DNA of 15,845 nt from Candidatus Eiseniibacteriota bacterium (GTDB taxonomy: Bacteria; Eisenbacteria; RBG-16-71-46; DASYSL01): the NCBI GenBank assembly GCA_031431875.1, contig JANPEF010000104.1, positions 1 to 15,845 of the forward strand, read 5' to 3'. The position numbers were made by a program, and so were the translations under genes. The notes under the pieces are model-generated. The model ran no database searches. It was given only the letters and a program-made list of their open reading frames with translations, and was not told the DNA's origin. Below, piece after piece: positions 1-8,643 of this stretch. Positions within the stretch are counted from its first letter, which is position 1; the number at the start of each line of letters is the position of its first letter.

Positions 1-130
1 GCACGGCCGGCTCCCTTCGTATGCGGCTCGGCTGCTTACGGCAGCAACCCGCGGCAGAGGTGGATCAGACCACCCGGTCGTCCCCGGGCTTCTGGTTGGG
101 AACGACGGTACGACTCGGGGCCGGTCATGC
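1..130 (+). ncRNA. Candidate structured RNA with a multibranch fold, probably truncated by the window edge; family unidentified
   Basis: Bases 1-14 (GCACGGCCGGCTCC) pair with 117-130 (GGGGCCGGTCATGC). An inner TCGTAT/GTACGA helix encloses three hairpins: GCTGC-TTACG-GCAGC, GGTGG-ATCAGA-CCACC and GTCGTCCCC...GGGAACGAC. No convincing ORF is present. Confidence 0.35.
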
Positions 131-166
131 CATAGGGTCTAGAGCGGCACGCAGGCGCAGCGCGCG

Positions 167-200
167 ACGGCGCGGTTCCCCATGGGAGCCGCGCCGTTTC
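167..200 (+). terminator. 14-bp GC-rich hairpin, probable intrinsic terminator, possibly bidirectional
   Basis: ACGGCGCGGTTCCC-CAT-GGGAGCCGCGCCGT followed by TTC, with one G.U pair on the + strand. It lies 20 nt beyond the stop of the convergent minus-strand gene. Confidence 0.6.
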
Positions 201-217
201 GCATGCCCGGCTGCCCG

Positions 218-673
218 TCAGTCGTGGGCGTGGCCCGGCTTGCGGCGGGTAAAGCGCAGCCCCGACCAGGTCACGTCGATCGCGCAGACCTTGGAATCGA
301 CCAGCCCCGCCGCCAGCGCCAGCCGCCGCACCGGCTCGTCCCCCAGGTCGGAGACCACGCCCGAGGTCTTCTTCGGCCAGCAGATCCACAGCGCGTGCCA
401 GTCGTCACGACGGGCCCAGCCGTGCAGGCCCTGCGCGTACTCGGCACGAGTGACGACGAACCACAGCGCCACGTCGCTCGCGCCGCGGGCGCCGGGGCGC
501 AGGCGCGCGCCCTCGGGCAGCACCCCGAGCGTGCGCTCGAAGTCGTCCGGGGCGCCGACCAGGACGACGATCGAGCCGGGCTGGATGCCGAGCTTCTTCG
601 GCAGGGGCGTGCCGGAGTACCCGGCGGGAGCGGACTTCGCGGCGGCTCTCGGAACTGGCTTGCGGGCAGGCAT
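218..673 (-). CDS. DUF3052-family protein (151 aa)
   Basis: C-terminal part of the 218..2497 ORF: AGYSGTPLPKKLGI...LWICWPKKTSGVVSDL...VRRLALAAGLVDSKVCAIDVTWSGLRF, the characteristic DUF3052 pattern. ATG at 673 lies 7 nt after a TAGAAT -10. Confidence 0.85.
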   Translation of the reverse strand: MPARKPVPRAAAKSAPAGYSGTPLPKKLGIQPGSIVVLVGAPDDFERTLGVLPEGARLRPGARGASDVALWFVVTRAEYAQGLHGWARRDDWHALWICWPKKTSGVVSDLGDEPVRRLALAAGLVDSKVCAIDVTWSGLRFTRRKPGHAHD

Positions 674-680
674 GGCGCGC

Positions 681-718
681 ATTCTAGGCTGCCCCGCCCA
701 CGCGCGGTCGGCTATTCT
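681..718. promoter_or_regulatory. Divergent -10 elements: TAGAAT (minus, 686-681) and TATTCT (plus, 713-718)
   Basis: Each TANNNT hexamer lies 6-7 nt before an ATG, and neither gene has a Shine-Dalgarno sequence. Confidence 0.55.
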
Positions 719-724
719 GCTGCG

Positions 725-2167
725 ATGAACGACGTGCGCTATCGCGCCCTCCCTGCCGTCGAACCCCTCGTCGAACGCGCCCTCACCGCCCTCGTGGCCG
801 ACGGTTCGGTCGGAGAGGCGCCGCCGCGCCCGCTGGTCGTCGAGGCCGTCCGCACCGTGCTGGCCGCCGAGCGCGCCGCCCTTGCGGCCGACCCAACCGC
901 CGTCGTCGACGCCGAGGGTGATCGCCTGGAGCGCATCGTCGAACGTGCCCGCACGCTCGCCCGCCCGCGCCAGGAGCGGGTGATCAACGCCACGGGCGTC
1001 GTCCTCCACACCAACCTCGGGCGCGCGCCGCTGTCCGCGGCGGCCCGCCGCGCGCTGGCCGAGGCCGCCGAGGGCTACCTCACGCTGGAGTACGACGTCC
1101 CCGAGGGGAAGCGCTCGCAGCGCGCCGTGGGCGTCGCCGAGTGGCTGGTGCGCCTGACCGGGGCCGAGGCGGCACTGGTGGTCAACAACGGCGCGGCCGC
1201 ACTCCTGCTCGCTGTCTGGTCGCTGGCGCAGGGGCGCGAGGTGATCGTCTCGCGCGGCGAACTGATCGAGATCGGTGGCTCCTTCCGCCTGCCCGAGATC
1301 CTCGCCCGCGCCGGGGCGAAACTGGTCGAAGTGGGGACCACGAACCGCACGCGGATCGACGACTACCGGCAGGCGATCACGCCCCAGACCGCGCTGCTGC
1401 TGCGCGTGCATCCGAGCAACTTTCGGCTCGTCGGCTTCGCGGAGCGGCCCAGTCGGGAGGAGCTGGCGGCGCTGGCCCGTGAGGCGAAGCTGCCGCTGGT
1501 CGAGGACGTCGGCTCGGGCGCGCTGGTGCCGACCGAAGATTTCGGCCTCGAACACGAGCCCACCGTCGCCGAGAGTTTGACCGGCGGCGCGGACATTGTT
1601 ACGTTCAGCGGCGACAAATTGCTGGGGGGACCGCAGGCCGGACTGATCGTCGGCCGGCGCGAATGGATCGCTCGATTGGAGCGCGATCCGCTGGCGCGCG
1701 CCCTCCGGGTGGACAAGCTGACGATCGCCGCTCTCGAAGCCACGCTGGCGGCATACGCGGATCCTGCGATCGCGCGGCGCGACATTCCCGCGCTCGCCCA
1801 GCTCGCGGCCCCGGCCGGGGCGCTCGCCGACATCGCGGCGGGACTGGCCCGGGCCATTCGCGCGGCGCTGGACGAGGCGGCGACGGGGGCGAGCGGAGCG
1901 ATCCGCGGCCTCGACGTCGCAGTCGTGCCCGCGACGAGTGAAGTCGGCGGCGGTGCGCTCCCCGGGGCGGTACTGCCCACTTCGGTCGTCGCGCTCACGT
2001 GGGCCGGTCGCACCGCCTCGGCGCTCGAGCGGCGCTTGCGGCTCGGCCGTCCACCGTTGATCGCCCGCATTCGTGAGGACCGCGTCCTCCTGGACGCACG
2101 CACACTCATGTTCGAGGACCCGGCGGAGGTCGCGCGACTCGTGCGCGTCGCCGTCACCGGGGCCTGA
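725..2167 (+). CDS. selA: L-seryl-tRNA(Sec) selenium transferase
   Basis: Motifs VINATGVVLHTNLGRAPL, VNNGAAA, SRGELIEIGGSFRLPEI, EVGTTNRT, VHPSNF, the PLP-lysine motif TFSGDKLLGGPQAG, RALRVDK and VGGGALP. The start is trimmed from the track ORF to the ATG at 725. Confidence 0.96.
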   Translation: MNDVRYRALPAVEPLVERALTALVADGSVGEAPPRPLVVEAVRTVLAAERAALAADPTAVVDAEGDRLERIVERARTLARPRQERVINATGVVLHTNLGRAPLSAAARRALAEAAEGYLTLEYDVPEGKRSQRAVGVAEWLVRLTGAEAALVVNNGAAALLLAVWSLAQGREVIVSRGELIEIGGSFRLPEILARAGAKLVEVGTTNRTRIDDYRQAITPQTALLLRVHPSNFRLVGFAERPSREELAALAREAKLPLVEDVGSGALVPTEDFGLEHEPTVAESLTGGADIVTFSGDKLLGGPQAGLIVGRREWIARLERDPLARALRVDKLTIAALEATLAAYADPAIARRDIPALAQLAAPAGALADIAAGLARAIRAALDEAATGASGAIRGLDVAVVPATSEVGGGALPGAVLPTSVVALTWAGRTASALERRLRLGRPPLIARIREDRVLLDARTLMFEDPAEVARLVRVAVTGA

Positions 2168-2210
2168 GGAATCGTTCCGGGGCCACCCTCCCCGCGGAAG
2201 GAGCCGACCC

Positions 2211-5200
2211 TTGTTCCTGACCAAGCTCGAGTTGCGCGGATTCAAGTCGTTCGTCGACGAGACGAGCGTGTCGTTCGGCAACGGCATCACCGCCGTCGTC
2301 GGCCCGAACGGCTGCGGCAAGACCAACATCTCCGACGCGATCCGCTGGGTCATGGGCGAGCAGTCCGCGAAGCAGCTGCGCGGCGAGGCCATGGACGACG
2401 TCATCTTCAACGGCTCGGCCCGGCGCAAGCCGATCGGCATGGCCGAGGTGACGCTCACCATGCTCAACGACAAGGGCGTGCTCCCGACGGAGTTCACCGA
2501 GGTCGAGATCGGCCGCCGCGTCTACCGCTCGGGTGCCTCGGAGTACGTGCTCAACAAGAGTGTCGTTCGCCTCAAGGACATCAAGGACCTGTTCTTCGAC
2601 ACCGGCATGGGCAGCCACGCCTACTCGGTGATCGAGCGCTCGATGGTCGACAACCTGCTGTCGGACAACACGGGCCACCGTCGCTTCCTGTTCGAGGAAG
2701 CCTCGGGCATCACCAAGTACAAGCAGCGGAAGAAAGAGGCGCTCAACAAGCTCGAGGCGACGCAGGTCGACCTCGTGCGGGTCAGCGACCTGCTGATCGA
2801 GATCGAGAAGGAGATCGGCTCGCTCGCCCGCCAGGTGGCGAAGGCGCGCCGGCACGAGCGCTACCGCGGCGAGATCCAGGATCTCGACCTGCGCCTCTCG
2901 GCGCTCAAGCACCACGACCTGATCGCGCGCGAGAAGGCCCTGGCCGAGGAGCACCAGGCCGAGTCGGTGCGCCGCGAGGGCGCCCAGACCGAGCTCGACA
3001 CGCGCGAGGCCGCGCTGCAGACCGTGAAGATCGAACAGATCGAGGAGGAGCGTGCGTTCGCCGCCGCGCAGCAGACGCTCGCCGAGCGGGAGTCCGCGCG
3101 TGCCGCCGCGCAGCACGAGGCCCTGGTCCTCGCCGAGCGCGAGGATGGGCTCACCCGCCGCATCGCCCAGCTCGACGAGGAGATCGGCCGCGCCAACGAG
3201 CGCCTGTCCGAACTCGCCGCCCGCGAAGCCGACGTCAAGGCGCAGGTCGAGGCGCTCGAGGCCGACGAGGTGACGCGCCGCGAGGCGCTGGCCGCGCGCG
3301 AGACCGACCTGACCGCGATCGAGGCCGAGCTCAAGGACACGCGCGCCGAGGTCACCGGCGTCAAGCAGCTCGCGCTCAACCTGTTCCAGGCCGAGTCGAA
3401 GGAGCGCGCCGAGTGCGAGCGCGCCCGCGAGCGGCTGACCAACCTGGCCGAGCGGCGCGAGGCGGTCGAGACCGCACTCCAGGCGCTCGTCGCGCGCATC
3501 GAATCGACCGGTGCCGAGCTCGCCGCCGCCGGGGAGACCGCGGCTCGCGCGCAGGCTGCTCACACCGAGGCCGAGGCCCGCACCGCCGTGCTGGCCGCCC
3601 GCGGGCAGGAACTCGAGCTCGAGGGTGCCGCCCGCGTCGAGGCCGAGACCGACGTGCGCGCGCGGCATGCCGGAATGTCGTCGCGTCTGGCCACGCTCGA
3701 GGAACTGAAGCGCGCCTACGAGGGCGTCGACGATGCCGTGAAGTCGTTCCTCTCCGCCCGCGGCGACGGCGCGCTCGGCCTGGTGGCCGATCTCCTGACC
3801 GTTCCGGCCGAGCGGCTGGACGCCGTCGAGGCCGGCCTGGGCCCCGCGCTCTCCGCGGTGGTCCTGCCCGGCGCGGGCGACCTGGCGCGCGCCCGGCACG
3901 AGCTGGCCGAGGCCGGCGGCGGACGCGTCGGCTTCCTCGCCCTCGAGCATGCCGAGGAGACCGCCGCCGCGTGGGCGAAGGCGCTCGCGGGTCGCGGCGA
4001 CGAGGCGCGCAGCGCCTATCCCGACGCGATCGAACTGGCCGGCGTCGTTGGTGCGCGCGAGGGTGCGGGCGCGCTGGTGCAGGCATTGCTGGCTGGCGTC
4101 TTCACGCTCGATGACGAGGAGCGGGCGGCCGAGGCCGCGCGTCGCTTCCCCGAGTTCACCTGGGTGTCGACCCGCGGCACCGTGTTCGCCCGCGGTCTCG
4201 TGACTGCCGGTCGCGCGCAGGACGCCGATCGTGGCCTGTTGCGCCGCGAGCACGAGATCGCCGCCCTCGTCGCCGAGCGCGCGGTGCTCGATGCGGCCGT
4301 CGCCGCTGCCGTCGAGGCGCGCGTGCGCTGGGCGGGCGAGCGCGAGACGTGGCAGGGCGAGACGCGCGAGCACGCCATGCTGATCGCGCGCTTGCGCGAC
4401 GAGGCGCAGGCCGGTCGTGGCCGTGTCGAGGCGCTGACGCGCGAGGGCGCGCAGGCCGAGCGCGAGCGCGAGTCACGCCTCACCGAAAACGTCGCGGTGT
4501 CACACGACGAGGCGCAGGTCACCGACCTGCTGGTCACGCTCGAGTCGGCGCTCGAGGCGGCGACCCACCGGAGCCGCGAGAAGAGCGGCGAGGCCGCATC
4601 GATCGAGAGCCGGCTCGCCGAGCTCGAGGCGCGGCGCGAGGCGCACGCGCGGGCGGCGGGTGAGGCGCGCACGGCGTGGATCGACGGCACGAGCCGGCTC
4701 GGTGCGCTGCGCCAGGACCTGGCGCGCTGCGAGGTGACCGCGCGCGAGACTGCCGAGACCCGGGGCGGCCGCGAGATCGAACTTGCCGCCGCAACCGAGC
4801 GTCGCGGCGAGACGACCGAGGGCCGCGGGCGCGCCGAGGCGTCCCTGGCGGGACTGGTCGAGCGCGAGACCGAGGCGCGCACCACCGCCGAGACGGCGCG
4901 CAGTCGCACGCTGGGCAAGCGCGAGCTGGTGCAGGCCGAGGAGGGAGATCTGCGCGCGCTGCGGCACGAGGCGAACGCGCTCGCCGAGCTCGTGCACACG
5001 CTCGAGGTCAACCGCCTGAACGCCCGCTCCGAGCTCGACCGCACGCTCGAGCGCCTGCGCGTCGAGTACGACGTCGAGCTGACGGCGTTCGAGCCCACGC
5101 CGTGGGACGAGGCGGAGCGCGGCGGGCCGTTCGATCCCGCGACCGCCGAGGCGCGGCTCGAGGACGTGCGGACCAAGTTCCGTGCCCTGGGCCCGGTCAA

Positions 5201-5933
5201 CCTGCTGGCGCTCGAGGAATACACGAAGAAGAAGGAGCGCTACGACTTTCTCAAGACCCATGTCAGCGACCTGGGCTCGGCGCGCGACCAGCTGCTCGAG
5301 GCGATCGAGAAGATCAACACGACGGCGAGAGAGTTGTTCCTCGAGACGTTCACCGCCGTGCAGATGCATTTCACCGACACGTTCCAGACGCTGTTCGTCG
5401 GCGGCTCGGCCGAGCTGCGCATGGTGGGCGACGATCCGCTCGAGTGCGAAATCGACATCTTCGCCCGCCCGCGGGGCAAGAACCCGCAGAACATCTCGCT
5501 GCTGTCGTCGGGCGAGCGGGCGCTGACGGCGATCGCCCTGCTGTTCGCGATCTACCTGATCAAGCCCTCGCCGTTCTGCCTGCTCGACGAAGTGGACGCG
5601 CCGCTCGACGAGGCCAACGTCGATCGCTTCGTCGCGCTGCTCAAGCGCTTCAGCGAGAAGACGCAGTTCATCATGATCACCCACAACAAGAAGACGATGG
5701 AGGCCGCCGGCGCGCTGTACGGCGTCACCATGCAGGAGCCCGGCGTCTCCAGACTCGTCTCGGTCCGCTTCGACACGCCCGAGTCACGCCTGGCGGGAGA
5801 AGGTGGTGAGGCGACGGGCGCCGCGGGCGAGACCGGCGTCGCGGGCGAGACCGGAGTCGCGGGCGAGACCGGAGTCGCGGTGGGCGCCGAGGCCGCTGCG
5901 CCCGTGGGCGCCGGCACCGGCGAGTCCGCATAA
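2211..5933 (+). CDS. smc: Chromosome segregation protein SMC (1240 aa)
   Basis: TTG start at 2211 after AAGGAG. Motifs LRGFKSF, Walker A GPNGCGKTN, long coiled coils, a central hinge, LGPVNL, signature LSSGE, Walker B/D-loop LLDEVDAPLDEAN and ITH. Confidence 0.97.
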   Translation: MFLTKLELRGFKSFVDETSVSFGNGITAVVGPNGCGKTNISDAIRWVMGEQSAKQLRGEAMDDVIFNGSARRKPIGMAEVTLTMLNDKGVLPTEFTEVEIGRRVYRSGASEYVLNKSVVRLKDIKDLFFDTGMGSHAYSVIERSMVDNLLSDNTGHRRFLFEEASGITKYKQRKKEALNKLEATQVDLVRVSDLLIEIEKEIGSLARQVAKARRHERYRGEIQDLDLRLSALKHHDLIAREKALAEEHQAESVRREGAQTELDTREAALQTVKIEQIEEERAFAAAQQTLAERESARAAAQHEALVLAEREDGLTRRIAQLDEEIGRANERLSELAAREADVKAQVEALEADEVTRREALAARETDLTAIEAELKDTRAEVTGVKQLALNLFQAESKERAECERARERLTNLAERREAVETALQALVARIESTGAELAAAGETAARAQAAHTEAEARTAVLAARGQELELEGAARVEAETDVRARHAGMSSRLATLEELKRAYEGVDDAVKSFLSARGDGALGLVADLLTVPAERLDAVEAGLGPALSAVVLPGAGDLARARHELAEAGGGRVGFLALEHAEETAAAWAKALAGRGDEARSAYPDAIELAGVVGAREGAGALVQALLAGVFTLDDEERAAEAARRFPEFTWVSTRGTVFARGLVTAGRAQDADRGLLRREHEIAALVAERAVLDAAVAAAVEARVRWAGERETWQGETREHAMLIARLRDEAQAGRGRVEALTREGAQAERERESRLTENVAVSHDEAQVTDLLVTLESALEAATHRSREKSGEAASIESRLAELEARREAHARAAGEARTAWIDGTSRLGALRQDLARCEVTARETAETRGGREIELAAATERRGETTEGRGRAEASLAGLVERETEARTTAETARSRTLGKRELVQAEEGDLRALRHEANALAELVHTLEVNRLNARSELDRTLERLRVEYDVELTAFEPTPWDEAERGGPFDPATAEARLEDVRTKFRALGPVNLLALEEYTKKKERYDFLKTHVSDLGSARDQLLEAIEKINTTARELFLETFTAVQMHFTDTFQTLFVGGSAELRMVGDDPLECEIDIFARPRGKNPQNISLLSSGERALTAIALLFAIYLIKPSPFCLLDEVDAPLDEANVDRFVALLKRFSEKTQFIMITHNKKTMEAAGALYGVTMQEPGVSRLVSVRFDTPESRLAGEGGEATGAAGETGVAGETGVAGETGVAVGAEAAAPVGAGTGESA
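5823..5880 (+). repeat. 18-bp tandem repeat (3.2 copies) encoding (AGETGV)3 in the SMC C-terminal tail
   Basis: GCGGGCGAGACCGG(C/A)GTC at 5823, 5841 and 5859. Confidence 0.95.
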
Positions 5934-5944
5934 CCGCGGCCCCC

Positions 5945-6862
5945 GTGGGCCTCTGGGATCGCCTCACCTCCGGCCTCAAGCGGACGCAGGAAGCGCTCAC
6001 CGGGCACGTCCAGCGCGCCTTCGAGGGCGTGACCGGCGAGCGGCTCGACGATGCCACCGCCGACCGCCTCGAGGAGGCGCTGCTCGCCGCCGACCTCGGT
6101 CCCGCCGTCACCGACCAGGTGCTCACCGCGCTCAAGGCCCGCCGCGGCCTGAGCGGTGTCGAGGCGTGGCGCGATGCGCTGGTCGAGGAGTTGACTTCCG
6201 TGTTGGCCGGTCGTGGCGCCTGCAGGCTCGAGCCGCCGCCCGGCACGAAGCCGTGGGTCGTGCTCGTCATCGGCGTCAACGGGGTGGGGAAGACGACGAT
6301 GATCGGCAAGCTCGCCGCGCGTGAGAAGGCGCTCGGGCGCAGCGTACTCGTCGTCGCCGCCGATACGTTTCGCGCGGCGGCGGCCGACCAGCTCGCGGTG
6401 TGGGCCGAGCGCGCGGGCGCGTCGCTCGTGCGGCAGAAGGAGGGGGCCGACCCCGCGGCCGTCGCGTTCGACGGCGTGCAGGCGGCGGTGGCGCGGGGCA
6501 TCGACACGGTGTTCGTGGACACGGCCGGACGCCTGCACACCAAGTCGAACCTCATGGACGAGCTGGCGAAGATCCGCCGCGTGATCGGCCGCGCGCTGCC
6601 GGGCGCACCGCACACCACGCTGCTCGCGCTCGATGCGACGCTGGGCCAGAACACGCTGGCCCAGGCGCGCGAGTTCGGCGCCGGGATCGGCGTCGACGCC
6701 CTGCTGCTCAACAAGCTCGATGGAACGGCGAAGGGCGGGGCGGTGGTGGCGCTGGTGGCCGAGCTGGGATTGCCCGTGGCGCTCGTCGGCGTGGGCGAGG
6801 GGCTCGACGACTGGTCGTCGTTCGATCCCGCGGCGTTCGCGCGCGGGCTACTCTCCGCGTAG
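5945..6862 (+). CDS. ftsY: Signal recognition particle receptor FtsY, short NG-only form
   Basis: MGLWDRLTSGLKRT amphipathic start, GVNGVGKTTMIGKLA, DTFRAAAADQL, DTAGRLHTK, KLDGTAKGG and GVGEGLDD. The smc-ftsY gene order is a classic arrangement. Confidence 0.96.
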   Translation: MGLWDRLTSGLKRTQEALTGHVQRAFEGVTGERLDDATADRLEEALLAADLGPAVTDQVLTALKARRGLSGVEAWRDALVEELTSVLAGRGACRLEPPPGTKPWVVLVIGVNGVGKTTMIGKLAAREKALGRSVLVVAADTFRAAAADQLAVWAERAGASLVRQKEGADPAAVAFDGVQAAVARGIDTVFVDTAGRLHTKSNLMDELAKIRRVIGRALPGAPHTTLLALDATLGQNTLAQAREFGAGIGVDALLLNKLDGTAKGGAVVALVAELGLPVALVGVGEGLDDWSSFDPAAFARGLLSA

Positions 6863-7762
6863 CGGTGCGGTCCCCGCCTGGCGGGGCGTGTCCGCGGGAG
6901 CCTCGATGCCGGGCCCGCCGCTGTTCGGGCGCAGGAACCCGCGATGCTTGCGCCAGCTCGCCAGTATCGCGCTCTCGGCACCGGTTCCCCAGTCGACCAC
7001 GGTCGCGGTGCGATGGAGCGTCTCGATCATGTGTTCCGGCGCCGTCGTCGACGCCTGGCCCACCGCGTAGGTCTGGATCTTCCGCACGTTCACTTCCTCT
7101 TCCCTGGCCACGCTGGTGACCGGGATCTTCCGCGTCATCCACGTCTTGCGCACCATCTCGGTGATGCGATTGACCGTCGAGTCGGCCATCTGCCGGGGGT
7201 TGCGCAGCTTCCGGTCGAGGCGGACAAGGCTCGCATCGAGCTTGCCCTTCGCCGTCGGCACCGTCTCGATGCCGAGCGTGTCGCGCTGGCCGCGCAGCGG
7301 GCGGAGGTCGGGATTGCCGCTGGCCGCCGAGGGGCGCAGCTCGACCATGTCCGGAATGCCTTCGTCATCCATGCCGTAGAGCACCATGCGGACGTACATC
7401 TGGTAGCGCAGGTCGGAGTCGGGGTCCTTGAACACTTCGAAGCTCACCAGCGTGAGGTCGAACGCCGCATGGGACGAATCCGGCCCGTACCAGGTCTCGA
7501 GCCAGAAGCACTTTTCGCCGCGAAATGTGTCGGTGCCGACGACGCGGACTTCCTGATAGTTGAGGTCCTCGTCTCCCAGGTCGTTCGAGACGTCGACCCG
7601 GTAGCGCACCCAGTCGCCCACCTTGAAGTTCTGCTTCGTGTAGTCGAGCAGGCCGACGGCGCTCACGCGCGCCCCGGCAGTGGGGGCGAGGAACAGCAGG
7701 GCGATGGCGACGACGAGGGCGAAGGCGGCGAGCGGAATCGCGACGGTGCGTTGAAGCGTCAT
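6848..7762 (-). CDS. Exported hypothetical protein (304 aa) with an N-terminal signal peptide and a predicted beta-rich body
   Basis: ATG at 7762: MTLQRTVAIPLAAFALVVAIALLFLAPTAGA. Strong GC3 codon bias. Segments FKVGDWVRYRV, ETVPTAKGKLDA and KTWMTRKIP. It overlaps the ftsY 3' end by 15 nt. Confidence 0.8.
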   Translation of the reverse strand: MTLQRTVAIPLAAFALVVAIALLFLAPTAGARVSAVGLLDYTKQNFKVGDWVRYRVDVSNDLGDEDLNYQEVRVVGTDTFRGEKCFWLETWYGPDSSHAAFDLTLVSFEVFKDPDSDLRYQMYVRMVLYGMDDEGIPDMVELRPSAASGNPDLRPLRGQRDTLGIETVPTAKGKLDASLVRLDRKLRNPRQMADSTVNRITEMVRKTWMTRKIPVTSVAREEEVNVRKIQTYAVGQASTTAPEHMIETLHRTATVVDWGTGAESAILASWRKHRGFLRPNSGGPGIEAPADTPRQAGTAPLRGE

Positions 7763-7806
7763 GGGACCGGGAATCTCCTCGAAGATCGGGTCGGCGGGCT
7801 CACGAA

Positions 7807-7849
7807 AGGATAGCACAGTCCCCGGCCAGCCCCCTCGATCTGCTATCCT
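7807..7849. promoter_or_regulatory. Back-to-back identical extended -10 elements (TGcTATCCT) on opposite strands
   Basis: AGGATAGCA at 7807-7815 is the reverse complement of TGCTATCCT at 7841-7849. Both lie between divergent genes. Confidence 0.55.
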
Positions 7850-7888
7850 GCCGCCGCCCCGCCACTCGCCCCCGCGAGGCTCGACCGC

Positions 7889-8569
7889 ATGCCCGCTTCG
7901 TTCGCTTGCACCCTGACGTCCGCCCCCGCCAAGACTCCGACGCTGCCGCTGCCCGCGGCCACGCTTCCCGATATCGACCTGCTGGCCCGCCTGCTGTGCG
8001 GCGGCCGGGCCTCCGCCCGCGCCCGCCGCGCTGCGGTTCGCCTGCTCGAGGCTCGTTCGCTCGAGGCGTGGACGCGCCTTGCGCCCGACGCCTGCGTGCT
8101 CGAGGCGCGGCGGCTTCTCGGCGCCGACGAGGCGGCCGCTCGCGTCGTGCCCGTCGCCTGCGAGTTCGCCCGCCGCGCGCTGGGCCCGCCGCCCGGGGTC
8201 ACCCTGTCGCGGCCCGAGGATGTCGTGCCATGGCTCGCGGAGTGGCGGGGGGCTCGCCGCGAGCACTTCGTCGGCTTCTACCTCAATGCGCGCCACCAGC
8301 TCCTGGCGCGAACGATGATCAGCGTCGGCAGCCTGTCGGCGTCGATCGTCCATCCGCGCGAGGTCTTCGTCCCGGCGGTGGCGGGCAGCGCGGCGGGCGT
8401 GATCGTGGCGCACAACCACCCGAGCGGGGATCCCGAACCCAGTCCCGAGGACCTTGCGGTGACGCGGCGGCTGCGCGAGGCGGGGGACCTGCTCGGGATC
8501 GAACTGCTCGATCACCTGGTCGTCGCCGAGCGGGGCTACGTCTCGCTCAAGTCGCGCGGCGCGATCTGA
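7889..8569 (+). CDS. radC: RadC/UPF0758 JAB-domain protein
   Basis: REHFVGFYLNARHQL, GSLSASIVHPREVF, the JAMM motif AHNHPSGDPEPSPED, and LGIELLDH. The N-terminal half is degenerate and the exact start is uncertain. Confidence 0.92.
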   Translation: MPASFACTLTSAPAKTPTLPLPAATLPDIDLLARLLCGGRASARARRAAVRLLEARSLEAWTRLAPDACVLEARRLLGADEAAARVVPVACEFARRALGPPPGVTLSRPEDVVPWLAEWRGARREHFVGFYLNARHQLLARTMISVGSLSASIVHPREVFVPAVAGSAAGVIVAHNHPSGDPEPSPEDLAVTRRLREAGDLLGIELLDHLVVAERGYVSLKSRGAI

Positions 8570-8591
8570 TCAACTTTTGGCGGGTGAAGGG

Positions 8592-8620
8592 TTGACGCGC
8601 GCCCGGGGCGCCCCGATCAT
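8592..8620 (+). promoter_or_regulatory. Sigma70-like promoter TTGACG-N17-GATCAT
   Basis: Near-consensus -35, exact 17-nt spacer, followed by a GGAG SD and the ATG at 8644. Confidence 0.5.
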
Positions 8621-8643
8621 GCCCCGGGACTGGAGACCGTGCG

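Noticed and set aside
1..29. Minus-strand GAGCCGCATACG...GTGC resembling group II intron domain V
   Set aside because: The upper stem, GNRA loop and AC bulge are missing, the sequence is cut by the window edge, and no reverse transcriptase or other intron domain is nearby.
167..220. TGA stop of the DUF3052-like gene plus the downstream hairpin as Sec codon and SECIS next to selA
   Set aside because: The domain is already complete before the TGA, and the hairpin looks like a terminator with + strand polarity.
2154..6981. Long antisense and alternative-frame ORFs (e.g. 2154..4373, 4500..5684, 5725..6981; likewise 9696..10961 and 11015..12574)
   Set aside because: These are shadow ORFs expected opposite GC3-rich genes, with no recognisable motifs.
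7889..8569. radC as a marker of a mobile element
   Set aside because: It has host-like composition, is the longer chromosomal form, sits among core genes, and has no integrase or att sites nearby.
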